In this document: in pieces, positions 7,959-18,017 of the stretch
How positions within the stretch are numbered: the first letter of the stretch is position 1
Layout of the letters: the number at the start of each line of letters is the position of its first letter
NCBI GenBank assembly: GCA_048938895.1
Contig: JBHLLU010000065.1
Span: 1 to 20,096 of the forward strand
Direction: 5' to 3'
Length of the DNA: 20,096 bases
DNA from: Promethearchaeota archaeon
GTDB lineage: Archaea; Asgardarchaeota; Lokiarchaeia; Sigyniarchaeales; SOKP01
Translations under genes and position numbers: made by a program
Notes under the pieces: generated by a model
Seen by the model: only the letters and a program-made list of their open reading frames with translations
Told to the model about the DNA's origin: nothing
The model's database searches: none

Positions 7959-9149
7959 CTAATTGGAAATAATTCTCTTTATCATATAGATATCAAGAAA
8001 TCTGTAATTAAAATCTTCTCCTCTTATACCATAGTCTGTCCATGGTACACCTTTCTTAATTGAAATAACATCATTACGGGTTATATATGAAATTCTTTTT
8101 GCACTTGTAGTAGTATCTAAATATTCTATTAAATTTTGAAGGACGGGATTGCAGGAACCCGAACAATAACCTCTCTCAGATGCCCAACATAACTCTATTT
8201 CCTCAATTGTATTAAGGTTAGATTTTATTTTTTCCATAAATGCCATAGATATTTTGATTTCACTATGCCACATAAATCCCCCTACACTCCCTGCCTTTTT
8301 CAACAATTTACTATTCAATATATTAATGATCTCTCTACCGTTTGACGATTGTTTAAGAATTTCAGCATAATTATCCCAATTTTTATTTTTATCCTTTTTT
8401 ACCCCTAATAGCTCTTGAGAACCACTTATAGCAAAAAATACACCAGTCTCATATTGACCTCCTTCCAGTTTTAATTTATATATAAAATAAGCAACATTTC
8501 CTTCATCATAAGCAGTCCACTTAAATCGTTTCCTTGCAATATCCATTAAATCAGCATCAGTTAACTCATTAATTTTCTTATTAATTCCTAAAGCTTCTAA
8601 GATTCTATTGAATTGATTTGTTTGCAAATCACCATATTGATTTGGATTCTCTTTTTTTAATATCTCAACCAATTCAGAATCCATTAAGTTTTTCAAAATA
8701 GCAATTCTGATTTCCACAGGATTGAGATCTTTATTGAAAACAAGTTGTTTCATAGTCTCTGATCCTCTTATAATCAAACCATCTTTGGTCTCTGAGATCC
8801 CCTCATATATATTCGAGAAGCTTTGTCCACTATTCTCAATGAATTCTATTAGATTAAATTCACGAAGGTCAGTTTCACCTATTTTAGTTGGTGATAAAGT
8901 TCCCCAACTATACCACAAAGCATCAAGTAGATATCCCATTTCTTCTAGGACACTCCTAGCAACTCCTATAGGATCGCGTTCCCATAGAATTCCGTTTTCA
9001 TCTACAAAATACTTTTCACTAAATGAAAGCAATTCATAAACTTTTTCAACAACTTCAGAAGTGAAATCAATTCTATCTTTTTTCACTAAATTTCCTAGTA
9101 AACGAGACTCTGAATTGACCATTCCATCCAAATTTTTACTCAAATTCAA
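7959..9149 (-). CDS. Orphan toxin C-terminal module with a nucleotide/nucleic-acid deaminase domain
   Basis: HSE...ELCWASERGYCSGSC matches the deaminase Zn motif HxE...CxxxC. The N-terminus crosses the att site (LDGMVNSES), and an in-frame stop lies at 9173-9171. Confidence 0.7.
   Translation of the reverse strand: MNLSKNLDGMVNSESRLLGNLVKKDRIDFTSEVVEKVYELLSFSEKYFVDENGILWERDPIGVARSVLEEMGYLLDALWYSWGTLSPTKIGETDLREFNLIEFIENSGQSFSNIYEGISETKDGLIIRGSETMKQLVFNKDLNPVEIRIAILKNLMDSELVEILKKENPNQYGDLQTNQFNRILEALGINKKINELTDADLMDIARKRFKWTAYDEGNVAYFIYKLKLEGGQYETGVFFAISGSQELLGVKKDKNKNWDNYAEILKQSSNGREIINILNSKLLKKAGSVGGFMWHSEIKISMAFMEKIKSNLNTIEEIELCWASERGYCSGSCNPVLQNLIEYLDTTTSAKRISYITRNDVISIKKGVPWTDYGIRGEDFNYRFLDIYMIKRIISN
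9107..9134. repeat. att-like site, copy 2 (ACTCTGAATTG-ACCATT-CCATCCAAATT)
   Basis: 28/30 identical to positions 1-30 over 9106-9135, with one mismatch in the spacer. Confidence 0.8.
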
Positions 9150-9330
9150 TGAAAAATATATGTATTCTCCTTATAAATCTATTTAGGAAGCAGTAGAAGA
9201 AAAATTGAAGAAATTGAAGATTTTATTTGGACACCAAATAGTTCTAGGGGGGGAAATCAAGGGAGAAGTAGGAAATAAAGTAGAAAAATTAAAAAAAATA
9301 TACATTTAGATTTTTTTAGACAATATATTA

Positions 9331-11112
9331 TTAAATAATAATTCTCGTACCAACACCCTTTCTTCTTAGATGTTCCAGTACTAATTGTGAGTTATTGTCA
9401 AGATATGATCTATATTCATATTCCCAATAATCTAGAATTTTAAGGAATTTCAATTGAATCAATGACTCTGGAAGAATGTTTAACTTATTACAAGAAATAT
9501 AGAGTGTTTGCAATGAGGCTAGATCATCAATCCAGTCAGGAATTATTTTTATAGAATTATTTTCTAAATCTAAGAATTCAAGAGAGGTTAGATTTCTCAT
9601 TGATAAAGGTAACGATGTTAATTTATTTCTCCCAATTTTTAACTTTTTTAATAGATTAAGACTTCCAATCCAATCAGGTAATGATTTCAAATTGTTGTTT
9701 TTTAAATTAAGTATCCGAAGAGATTGTAAAAACCTTATAGATTCTGGAAGATTTTCTAGATTATTATAACTAAGGTTTAAATTTTCAAGTGATATGAAGT
9801 CTCCAATCCAGTCTGGTAATGATTTCAGATTATTACCACTGAGATTGAGTTCTTTCAAGAATATGAGACTCTTTAAGGTTTTTGGGAGTATTGAGATATT
9901 ACACCCAGATAAATTAAGAACTTGAAGAGAATGTAAATCCTTAAGTGAATCAGGAATACCTTTTAAGATCAACTCTGGACTTAAAGTAAGGATCTGTAGT
10001 GAAGGAAGATTGATGATAGTACTTATTATCCTTTGATGATCATGTTTAAATGACTTAATGTTAATTTCTTTGATTTTTAGTTCCTTAAACATTAATTCAA
10101 GTTCATCTTTATTAAAAAAATCTAAATAATGATCATTCCAATAACTAATTAATCTAATGACCCGACCCTCAGAAAGCTTCTTAATAATAATTCTTCTAAA
10201 AATCTTTTTAGCTACATTATCTCCATTAATAGATAACTTAAACAATAATATGAATAACCAAGTGATTTTGACATCATTTTCCTGATCTAGCGAATCTTCA
10301 ACTATTTTTTTCAGAGAAGGATTATTTTCTAAAAAGAAAAAACGATAATCATTTGCCTCAAGATGGTTAAAAAAAACAAAACTCGATAGAAATTTAAGTG
10401 TGGGCAAATCAACCATTTTCATTGCTTTGACAAATAATTCTCTAAAGATTTTTTTAGCATTGAGTATATTCGCTTCTATAAATACATTTAATATGGTAAA
10501 AATAAAATCTCTTAAATTATAGTCTTTGAAGGTTTTGTATATATTTAAAAATAGCCTGGATTGAGGATTTAAAAGGTTAGCGTTAATATTTTCTCTATTT
10601 ATATAATTAATATCATTTTGTGTAAAAAGATAAAGAATTATTGGTAAGTTTCCATTGTTTACCTCTTGATTAAATAATAAATTCCTCTCATTCTCATCCA
10701 GATACTCAAGATAATCGAAATCTATAAGAAAATTAACAGTTTCATAGCTTCCACTTCTAATTGTTTTCATTATTTCTTGCTTAAATATTCTTTTTTCTTT
10801 ATCTTCCCCAAGTTTCACTAATCTTTCTAATAATTGAAATGCTAAACGCTTATTAATGATATTGGTGTCATAATCTTTTTCAACCCATAATTTAAGGTAG
10901 AAGCAGAGTTCTTTGAAATATTTCTTTAATGGATTCTTTAGAATTTGGTTATTTTTCTCATTCACATCAATTTGTTCGATTGTACTAATCGGATAAAAAT
11001 ACTCTGAAGGATATTTTAGATACTTTTTTCCTTTAATATATGTAAAAACTCCTTCATCTTCTAATTTAACTGTAATAAGATTATTAATAATACATTCTTG
11101 CATTTTTTTCAT
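9331..11112 (-). CDS. LRR protein with a Lokiarchaeia-type N-terminal domain; candidate immunity protein of the metalloprotease tip
   Basis: About 8 C-terminal LRRs. The N-terminus INNLITVKLE...WVEKDYDT...LAFQLLERL...FKQEI resembles, from recall, an expanded Lokiarchaeia family. It starts 9 nt downstream of the stop of 11122..12471. Confidence 0.85.
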   Translation of the reverse strand: MKKMQECIINNLITVKLEDEGVFTYIKGKKYLKYPSEYFYPISTIEQIDVNEKNNQILKNPLKKYFKELCFYLKLWVEKDYDTNIINKRLAFQLLERLVKLGEDKEKRIFKQEIMKTIRSGSYETVNFLIDFDYLEYLDENERNLLFNQEVNNGNLPIILYLFTQNDINYINRENINANLLNPQSRLFLNIYKTFKDYNLRDFIFTILNVFIEANILNAKKIFRELFVKAMKMVDLPTLKFLSSFVFFNHLEANDYRFFFLENNPSLKKIVEDSLDQENDVKITWLFILLFKLSINGDNVAKKIFRRIIIKKLSEGRVIRLISYWNDHYLDFFNKDELELMFKELKIKEINIKSFKHDHQRIISTIINLPSLQILTLSPELILKGIPDSLKDLHSLQVLNLSGCNISILPKTLKSLIFLKELNLSGNNLKSLPDWIGDFISLENLNLSYNNLENLPESIRFLQSLRILNLKNNNLKSLPDWIGSLNLLKKLKIGRNKLTSLPLSMRNLTSLEFLDLENNSIKIIPDWIDDLASLQTLYISCNKLNILPESLIQLKFLKILDYWEYEYRSYLDNNSQLVLEHLRRKGVGTRIII

Positions 11113-11121
11113 AGAATATTA

Positions 11122-12471
11122 TTAAAATAAAACTCTTGAAATTGAAATATAATTTTCTCTATATTGTTGTATACTACTCTTTAAAAACCCTTCACCTATA
11201 TAATTATTGAAAAAAGTTCTAATTGACTCAAATTCATCAATTAAGCCATAACCTTTAAAGAGATATGGATCAAAATCATTAGGATTTCCATGTCTTCTTA
11301 TTGCCTTTATCAAATCATCTATTACATATTGAGAAGTCAAACCATAGATTTTTATATCTGTTTCACCTTTAATTAAATCTGCGAGATTTTTTGAAAAGGT
11401 AACCTTATCAAATCTAGAATTGCTCTGAACTTTTATTATTTCATCATTTTTCTTAACATTTTCTAAAAAGTCATAAAAATTGTATTTTCTTTTCCCATCG
11501 TGTTCATTATAGATTAATACCTCAATGTTATTCAAGACTTCACCTTGAACCATGAAATATGAAATAATGTCATTACTATATTCTCCATTTTTAATCATTT
11601 TTATAATTATATCGATTATTAAATCCATATTTCTTCTATTTATATTGTATAAAATATTTTCACGCCTTAGTCCTCCTGTTGTATATTCCATAAAGGCATC
11701 TGCAAATAAATCCTTAGCGGATAACGCAGATCTAGTTTGAGTGAATTCTCGTAGATTTAAGTGTTCCTTTCTCATTATACTTTTCCAAAAGTCTATTACT
11801 TTTGAATCGGGAGAACCACCTAAAACAGTTTCGACGAAATGTCCAAATTCATGGGTAATAGGGGATAGAGTGCTTCCTAAAATTTCAAAATCAACTTCTG
11901 TATAATATTTACCATTCGTACATATTGCTATTTCAGCACCATATCTAGGATTATGGAAAAATGCACAACTGAAATCAAGTTCTTTTTGTTTATCTTTGGT
12001 CATAAGATAGTAAGTAGGGTGATCACTTGGTAAATCGATAAATCTAACTTCTGGAGATTTTTTTCCTCTAAATCTAGCAGGAATTTTTAAGTAGTCTTCT
12101 TTGCATTTTTTAATAATTTTTACCACATCAGGATTAGAAAGATCTACACTTTTATCAATTTTAAAATTAAAGGGTAAATCTAATTCCAACCATACTTCAT
12201 ATCTTTTTATATTATCAACATCATTAGTTTTCTTTGCAAACTCAAGTTCCTCAACTAATTCCAATTCTTTCTTAGAATTTTCCTTTAAGATCTCTTGATT
12301 TATACTGTTGTCCATTTGAGGATCAGTATAATCATATCCTAGTTTATTGATCTCATTACCAAATTCAAGATTAAGTTCAGATCTTCCAGTCACTTTTTGA
12401 ACGATAAATGAGATTTCATTTTTCATTGAAATTTCATTGGAATCGGACATGAAATTGACCTTTCCATTCAA
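11122..12471 (-). CDS. Orphan toxin C-terminal module with an HExxH zinc metallopeptidase domain
   Basis: THEFGHFVE followed by DLFADAF, a zincin layout similar to anthrax lethal factor (HEFGH...EFFAEAF). Begins in the att site (LNGKVNF), with an in-frame TGA at 12477-12475. Confidence 0.65.
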   Translation of the reverse strand: MNGKVNFMSDSNEISMKNEISFIVQKVTGRSELNLEFGNEINKLGYDYTDPQMDNSINQEILKENSKKELELVEELEFAKKTNDVDNIKRYEVWLELDLPFNFKIDKSVDLSNPDVVKIIKKCKEDYLKIPARFRGKKSPEVRFIDLPSDHPTYYLMTKDKQKELDFSCAFFHNPRYGAEIAICTNGKYYTEVDFEILGSTLSPITHEFGHFVETVLGGSPDSKVIDFWKSIMRKEHLNLREFTQTRSALSAKDLFADAFMEYTTGGLRRENILYNINRRNMDLIIDIIIKMIKNGEYSNDIISYFMVQGEVLNNIEVLIYNEHDGKRKYNFYDFLENVKKNDEIIKVQSNSRFDKVTFSKNLADLIKGETDIKIYGLTSQYVIDDLIKAIRRHGNPNDFDPYLFKGYGLIDEFESIRTFFNNYIGEGFLKSSIQQYRENYISISRVLF

Positions 12472-12474
12472 ATT
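12447..12474. repeat. att-like site, copy 3 (ACATGAAATTG-ACCTTT-CCATTCAAATT), junction of elements B and A
   Basis: Identity with position 8 onward starts at 12453, while the outer part of the left arm is diverged. Confidence 0.85.
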
Positions 12475-12543
12475 TCACAGAAAATTGGGACAAAATTTAA
12501 AAAGACTCGAACCTTGTGTCTCTTAAAACGGAGGAAAATACAA

Positions 12544-13062
12544 ATGAGCGAAAAATCGAAACCAATCCAAAATAAGTATGCTTATAAATATATCCAATTT
12601 ACAGCCACACCATCCGAAAAAAAACAAATTAAACAGTTTGCCAATAAAGAGAACTTCAAAACCATTTCCGAATTCGTGAGAAGAATAGTATTTGACTATA
12701 TTAGGAGACAAGATAATCCCGAACTATTCCACTCCGGTAGTAACAATTCTATAAATCCGCTACAGATGGAACGGATAGCCAAAAACATCCGTGAAATCAT
12801 GAAAAACCAAGAAATCGTATTACAGAGGGAAGATACACTGGAAGAAATGAAAGAAATGGTGATGAATCTTCATAAGATCGCGGAATCCAATTCATTGGCA
12901 AAAGAACGGGATCTAATTATCCGATTGTTTGAAAATCATGACTCCTGTTCCTTGCGACAGATTCAGGAAGAGACCAAATTAGCGGAAGATATTATCTTTA
13001 AAATCATTTCCGACATGAACCTATTCAAAATTACAGCTACAGGAAGGTTTGCCTTAAGATGA
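12544..13062 (+). CDS. RHH/wHTH-like DNA-binding protein, paralog of 99..617
   Basis: About 11 amino-acid differences from the first copy by manual count, with the same GGAGG and ATGA overlap. Confidence 0.75.
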   Translation: MSEKSKPIQNKYAYKYIQFTATPSEKKQIKQFANKENFKTISEFVRRIVFDYIRRQDNPELFHSGSNNSINPLQMERIAKNIREIMKNQEIVLQREDTLEEMKEMVMNLHKIAESNSLAKERDLIIRLFENHDSCSLRQIQEETKLAEDIIFKIISDMNLFKITATGRFALR

Positions 13063-13967
13063 CGGAAATAACCAACCAGCAAATCATAGATCGTTATCTA
13101 AAGCGGTTTTCCCATTCTAAGGCATCTCAATCTATGAGAAAATATGCACTTCAATACTTTTTCCGCTCTAAATTTTTTGGATATAACGGATACATCTTCA
13201 ATTTAACAAAACGGGATGTAATTGACTATTTTGACTATTTAAACCACATGGACACCATCTCCCTGCAAACCAAAAAAAACAAGTGGAATATATTCCGCAG
13301 TTTTCTGCAATTCATCATGGAATACTATGATGATCTTGTCATAATCATTCCCCATTATAGCATACAATGGAAACCATTACATAAGAAACCAGAATCTAAC
13401 AAAGATGTGGTCATGACTAAAGAAGAAGTGAAGCAAATCCTTGATCACATGTATAATCGGAATTACAACTATTACATCCTCTTCAGGTTGTTAGCGGAAA
13501 CAGGAATGAGAATAGGAGAGCTTATCAATCTGGACTGTGAAGATGTGAATGTGAAGAAACGATATGTTGAAGTGGAAGGAAAAACAGGAAGAAAGATTTA
13601 CTACTTTTCAGAAGGCTTGGCAAGACATTTAGAAATATACTTGAAAGAGCGGATCAGTAAAGAAACGGATTCTAACGCATTATTTCTATCTATTCAAAAG
13701 AAAAGATATGCTCTTAGAACCATCAATCATTATACTAGGAAATGTGTTATCCGCTTAAACATTGAAAAGTGGATCTCTTGTCATACTTTCAGAAGAACAT
13801 TAAATACGCTACGGAAAAGAATGGGATGCCCAAAGGAAGATCGGAAAATCCTACTATGCCATAAAGTCAGCGATGTGAATTTCAATTGTTATGTTAAGCT
13901 CAATTATTATGATTATATTCAATTATATGACAAGTGGAATCCGTATAAAAATATATTGGATAATTAA
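13059..13967 (+). CDS. Tyrosine recombinase/integrase (XerC/D-like)
   Basis: All R-K-HxxR-H-Y residues are intact; about 22/302 differences from 614..1522 by manual count. Confidence 0.95.
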   Translation: MTEITNQQIIDRYLKRFSHSKASQSMRKYALQYFFRSKFFGYNGYIFNLTKRDVIDYFDYLNHMDTISLQTKKNKWNIFRSFLQFIMEYYDDLVIIIPHYSIQWKPLHKKPESNKDVVMTKEEVKQILDHMYNRNYNYYILFRLLAETGMRIGELINLDCEDVNVKKRYVEVEGKTGRKIYYFSEGLARHLEIYLKERISKETDSNALFLSIQKKRYALRTINHYTRKCVIRLNIEKWISCHTFRRTLNTLRKRMGCPKEDRKILLCHKVSDVNFNCYVKLNYYDYIQLYDKWNPYKNILDN

Positions 13968-14086
13968 ATCTAATTTTAGTTTTTTTTAAACTCCTTCTAT
14001 ATATATTACTTTCTTTTTTACGTGTTATATATTATTATATCCGCTAATTTTAGGATTCATTAAAGTATGATTAATGGGATCTAACA

Positions 14087-14163
14087 ATACCCCCCTTCGT
14101 TGATTTTCCCCTCAAAAAGCATTCTTTTTTTGAAAACGGGTAACTAAGGTACTCTGTGAATTG
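14087..14163. repeat. 77-bp non-coding block identical to 1643-1719
   Basis: Exact match on direct comparison. Confidence 0.85.
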
Positions 14164-14273
14164 GAGTGAAAATTCCTCTTTTGCCTTTTATTGGAATTAG
14201 AAGCCTTGTAAACCAAATCTGTTGATTTACTATAATATATATAAGAAAAAAAACATATTTGATTTTAAAAGAG

Positions 14274-15791
14274 CTAAACAAATTCTAATTTAGCTCCGTA
14301 ACCAAATATAGGTTTAATTTTATTAAAATGTTCTAGAATCTCTAATGAAATCTTGATATCGTTGTGATCCCCCTGTATTTCCTTGTATAACTCCGTTTTA
14401 CTTAATCCTTCTAGTTCTTCTTTTCTGGTTAAAATCTCTAAACATTTATCTAGGTGTCTCTTGCTAAAAACTTTTGTAGCTTGAGGTATCTTATCTATCA
14501 ATGTATTCGTAAATAAAAAGATCCTAACTCCCCTATCTAAGAGAGGTCTAGCTCGGTGCAATGCTTGTATTTCTTCCGCTTCTTCCATACTTTTAATCTC
14601 TTGACTAGAAAGTCCATATAAACTGAGCAACCATTTCACCGAATCCCTCAGAGCAAATCTTCCAAATAAAACTACATTCTTGCATTCTTCAAATCTATTA
14701 CTTCCCCTACTATCTCCATAATGTCCTGTGTGAACTTCTGGTAATAGTTGTTTTATATCAGCTTCAAATTTCTTTTTACAATATATCACTGTATTTTCAT
14801 CATTAGGGATATTACATAAGTCTAAAATTTCAACTAAAAAGGGAATTGCTTCTTCAGTTTTAGTTATTGTCATTACATCGTCTAAAATGTATATCGGATT
14901 TTCCATGACCTCTTTATCTTTTATAATGGCGTCAAATTCTCTCCCGAAAGTGTTTTCAGCAAGACTTAAAGTAGTTGTCGCACAATTGAATATCAATGTC
15001 TCAACACCATCAAGAAAATCTAATGGTGTGTAACCTAATATCACATAATCGTTTTTATCTTCATCCCAAATACCGTAGAGATCATTAGAATGCTCAACAT
15101 TATACTTGAAGAAATACTCGTCGAGAGAATTTATATCAGTTGTCTCGATTGTGGAAAAACCAATAGTAGAATACATCTTATAAGGACATCTTAACTGTGG
15201 ATACTTGCTTCTATAATTCTTTTTCGTACACTTATCATTAACCGGACACGATTCACATGTGATTTCTTCGAATCTTACATGTGGACGAATTTGCGGTGGA
15301 ATAGGTATCCCTTTTCTTACAATTGATTCGATTGACTCATCAATAATTAACAAGTCAGGTTCATAGGTCTCAACGAAACGAAGCATTTGTGGAACTACAA
15401 ACACGACATCACAATCTTTAGCTCTTTCAAACTGCAATTTATAAAGACATGGACGCTCATCACAATAATAACAACCACCATTCAAATATGCATCTGGATT
15501 AGGATGATCTTTATTGCACATTGAAGGCTGCAATTTTCCTCTCAAATGAATGTAATCGCATTTGTATTCCATCCGTTCAATAAATTCTTCAATGAGTCGA
15601 TGGTTAGGTAAACAAATTAATATCTTCATGTCATTCTTAACAAAGTACTTAATAGTTTCGTAATTTTTCTTTGTTTTTCCTGTACCACTACTCTTATTAT
15701 TAAACGTCCATTTAGTGCGAAAAGTATGAGCAGGTTGTCGTTCTAAATCATTAGAATCCAGGTACATAGTACCAGTCACATGTTCATCCAT
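14274..15791 (-). CDS. Superfamily 2 helicase-like protein with Cys clusters; putative replication protein
   Basis: Walker A SGTGKT, Walker B LLIIDES and motif VI-like QALHRARP. A Cys cluster lies between motifs I and II, as in XPD/DinG Fe-S helicases. A second cluster (CESC...C...C) and a wHTH-like C-terminus follow. Confidence 0.75.
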   Translation of the reverse strand: MDEHVTGTMYLDSNDLERQPAHTFRTKWTFNNKSSGTGKTKKNYETIKYFVKNDMKILICLPNHRLIEEFIERMEYKCDYIHLRGKLQPSMCNKDHPNPDAYLNGGCYYCDERPCLYKLQFERAKDCDVVFVVPQMLRFVETYEPDLLIIDESIESIVRKGIPIPPQIRPHVRFEEITCESCPVNDKCTKKNYRSKYPQLRCPYKMYSTIGFSTIETTDINSLDEYFFKYNVEHSNDLYGIWDEDKNDYVILGYTPLDFLDGVETLIFNCATTTLSLAENTFGREFDAIIKDKEVMENPIYILDDVMTITKTEEAIPFLVEILDLCNIPNDENTVIYCKKKFEADIKQLLPEVHTGHYGDSRGSNRFEECKNVVLFGRFALRDSVKWLLSLYGLSSQEIKSMEEAEEIQALHRARPLLDRGVRIFLFTNTLIDKIPQATKVFSKRHLDKCLEILTRKEELEGLSKTELYKEIQGDHNDIKISLEILEHFNKIKPIFGYGAKLEFV

Positions 15792-15934
15792 TAGAAATCA
15801 CAGCCTCTATGTTTATAATTTCCAATAGAATTCACTTCCTCATAAAGGATAGCTGAAAACCGTCTAATATTATTATTGCTTCTTTTCCATTTCAGCATAT
15901 CCAAAATTTTCAAGTCAAAATTTATAGTTAACAT
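15791..15934 (-). CDS. Small hypothetical protein (47 aa), possibly RHH-like
   Basis: Manual translation gives MLTINFDLKILDMLKWKRSNNNIRRFSAILYEEVNSIGNYKHRGCDF. Its TAA overlaps the helicase ATG (TAATG). Confidence 0.35.
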   Translation of the reverse strand: MLTINFDLKILDMLKWKRSNNNIRRFSAILYEEVNSIGNYKHRGCDF

Positions 15935-16358
15935 TTTTAAAGAGTTGATAAAATATTATTTTTTATGTATTGTAATTTTTAGTCATTAATATAACATAAG
16001 GGGTCGTTGGTTTTATAAATTATATCAATTGGGATGAAGAGATTCACACACATAATGTGTGCAACAATTTCCTCACGAATAGATAGTTTTCATCCCACAT
16101 TTAGTGTGATCAGATCTTGGAGAAAGTTACCTTTTCAACAGAAAGTGCACTCAAAAAGAATATTATTTCGTAGGTTTTCGTCTATAAATGTGAGGACAAT
16201 TATCCATCTCCTTATTAAAAAACTACTTAGATGTAATTTTTCATTATTATTCCCGTATTAATTATTAAACCTTAAATCTCTCTTATTTATATAACTGAAT
16301 TGTCCTATAGAGCATAGAATTATTAAAAATTGATTAGAGTTAGAAATATGCATTATAA

Positions 16359-18017
16359 TTGGTGATAAAAATAGAATATAATAAAATGATTAACAAATTC
16401 AATAATCCAAATTTTATTCCAGATAATAATTATTGTGATGACATTAATGATGATGATCCATATTTAAATATGTTGAAATTTAGTATTGATGGAAGGATTT
16501 GTATCATTCACTCTGAAAAAATTGAGTATTACATAGATTTAATTGAAAAAACACCAAATAAGTTTTTAAAATTGGCATATTTTGAATATATCAAGCGGGG
16601 GCTCACAAATGAACTTTATTACAATGCATTAAGAAAATATAATTTAGTTACACTATATTTAGAAGTTGCAATGAATATTATTATACAAAATAATACGAGA
16701 TATAAACCAAGATGGCTAATAGAAGAATATATTAGATTAGCTCATAAATTTTCAATATCATATCAAAAAATGTTTGATCATGTAGGTGAAATTTTAAAAC
16801 TATTTTTAGAAAAGCATAAAGATCCATCAGGAATCTTAAAAGTATTTATTAATCTCGATGGAAAAATATTGAGAAGTGCAATAATACCGAAAAATATTTT
16901 TAATGCGATTGACTATTGGGTAGATAATGTTTTTTATGGTAATCTGACAACCGATATTAGCTTTACGGATAATATCTTATCTTTTTACAATAAACTAAAC
17001 ATGAATGATGAAATTAAAACGAAAAAGAGCATTTTTTGTATGAAATATCTAAATTTTTATAAAAAAGAAGTAGAGAAAGAGGAGTGGGACGAGGGAAATA
17101 TGTATTCGTTGGGGATAAAACGTAATTTTTTAGAAGTAAAATTACAGATCCTCCAGAAGTATTGCTCAGATCGAGAAGATCTTTGTAATGATGTGAGATA
17201 TGAAATAAACCGCATTAATAAATTGATTCCTGAATGCAATAATGGTTCCATCTTACTTAGTGGAGGAGGTAAAATCTCAAATAATCAAATAGAAAAGATA
17301 TTAGAACCTTTTAAAAATGATTCTCTAGAACAAGTTATTAAAAAAGCAGTTCAATCTGATTGTTTTCTTCCGAGCATACCTGAAGAAATAAGTAATATAA
17401 CAGGCTTTTTCCCTACAATATATTTTTCTAATGGGAATGTAAAAAAATTTGATGGAGGAAAACAAATAAATTCTTACGGAGCATCCGACATTTTGGAAAA
17501 ATGGGGTAATTATGAACGTGATTGGCATTTTCTATTGTTTCTATTCCAAAGATTAACAGATAAATTCGATAAAGAGAATCTATTCACAATAATTTTTTCT
17601 CAGATCCAAAATTCAAATGTTATTAATGAAGTATCAAAAAGAATGTTCCAACGTGGTTTGAAGTCATATTTCAAGGAAAATTATTTTAATTGTATTCAAT
17701 CGTCTATATTCCAAATCGAAAGTGTACTACGAGAAATTTGTATAAAAAATAAAATTGAAACCATAAGCATAGAAGAAACCAAGGAACGCCAAAAAACTAT
17801 AGGTTCTTTAATCCCAAAATTAAAAAATATTGTTAATGAAAGAATCTTGACTTTTATTGAATGGTTACTTTTAGATGAAGAAGGTCAAATATCGAAAAAT
17901 TATCGAAATGTAATTGCTCACGGATTAGATTCAATAAATCAATTTAAGGATATTTATACTAAGAATATTGCTTTATCCATAATATTAATCTATCTGAGCC
18001 TTTCAAAATATGGTTAA
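16359..18017 (+). CDS. DUF4209-like protein with a C-terminal HEPN-type RX4H motif
   Basis: C-terminal QIESVLRE...YRNVIAHG. Confidence 0.65.
   Translation: MVIKIEYNKMINKFNNPNFIPDNNYCDDINDDDPYLNMLKFSIDGRICIIHSEKIEYYIDLIEKTPNKFLKLAYFEYIKRGLTNELYYNALRKYNLVTLYLEVAMNIIIQNNTRYKPRWLIEEYIRLAHKFSISYQKMFDHVGEILKLFLEKHKDPSGILKVFINLDGKILRSAIIPKNIFNAIDYWVDNVFYGNLTTDISFTDNILSFYNKLNMNDEIKTKKSIFCMKYLNFYKKEVEKEEWDEGNMYSLGIKRNFLEVKLQILQKYCSDREDLCNDVRYEINRINKLIPECNNGSILLSGGGKISNNQIEKILEPFKNDSLEQVIKKAVQSDCFLPSIPEEISNITGFFPTIYFSNGNVKKFDGGKQINSYGASDILEKWGNYERDWHFLLFLFQRLTDKFDKENLFTIIFSQIQNSNVINEVSKRMFQRGLKSYFKENYFNCIQSSIFQIESVLREICIKNKIETISIEETKERQKTIGSLIPKLKNIVNERILTFIEWLLLDEEGQISKNYRNVIAHGLDSINQFKDIYTKNIALSIILIYLSLSKYG

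Larger units (their letters stand above)
13..12457. mobile_element. Integrative element B (12,445 bp), composite of a 9.1-kb integrase-bearing unit and a 3.3-kb integrase-less cassette
   Basis: Bounded by direct att-like repeats offset by 12,445 bp. Contains a regulator, tyrosine recombinase, P-loop ATPase, cargo and toxin-tip/immunity pairs. Confidence 0.8.

Noticed and set aside
12453-14163. Duplicate of 8-1719 as an assembly artefact
   Set aside because: The copies differ by many substitutions, mostly synonymous or conservative, with both frames intact.
16034-16261. 75-aa ORF between the helicase and the HEPN-like gene
   Set aside because: It has atypical composition and no motif, and is probably intergenic or promoter DNA.
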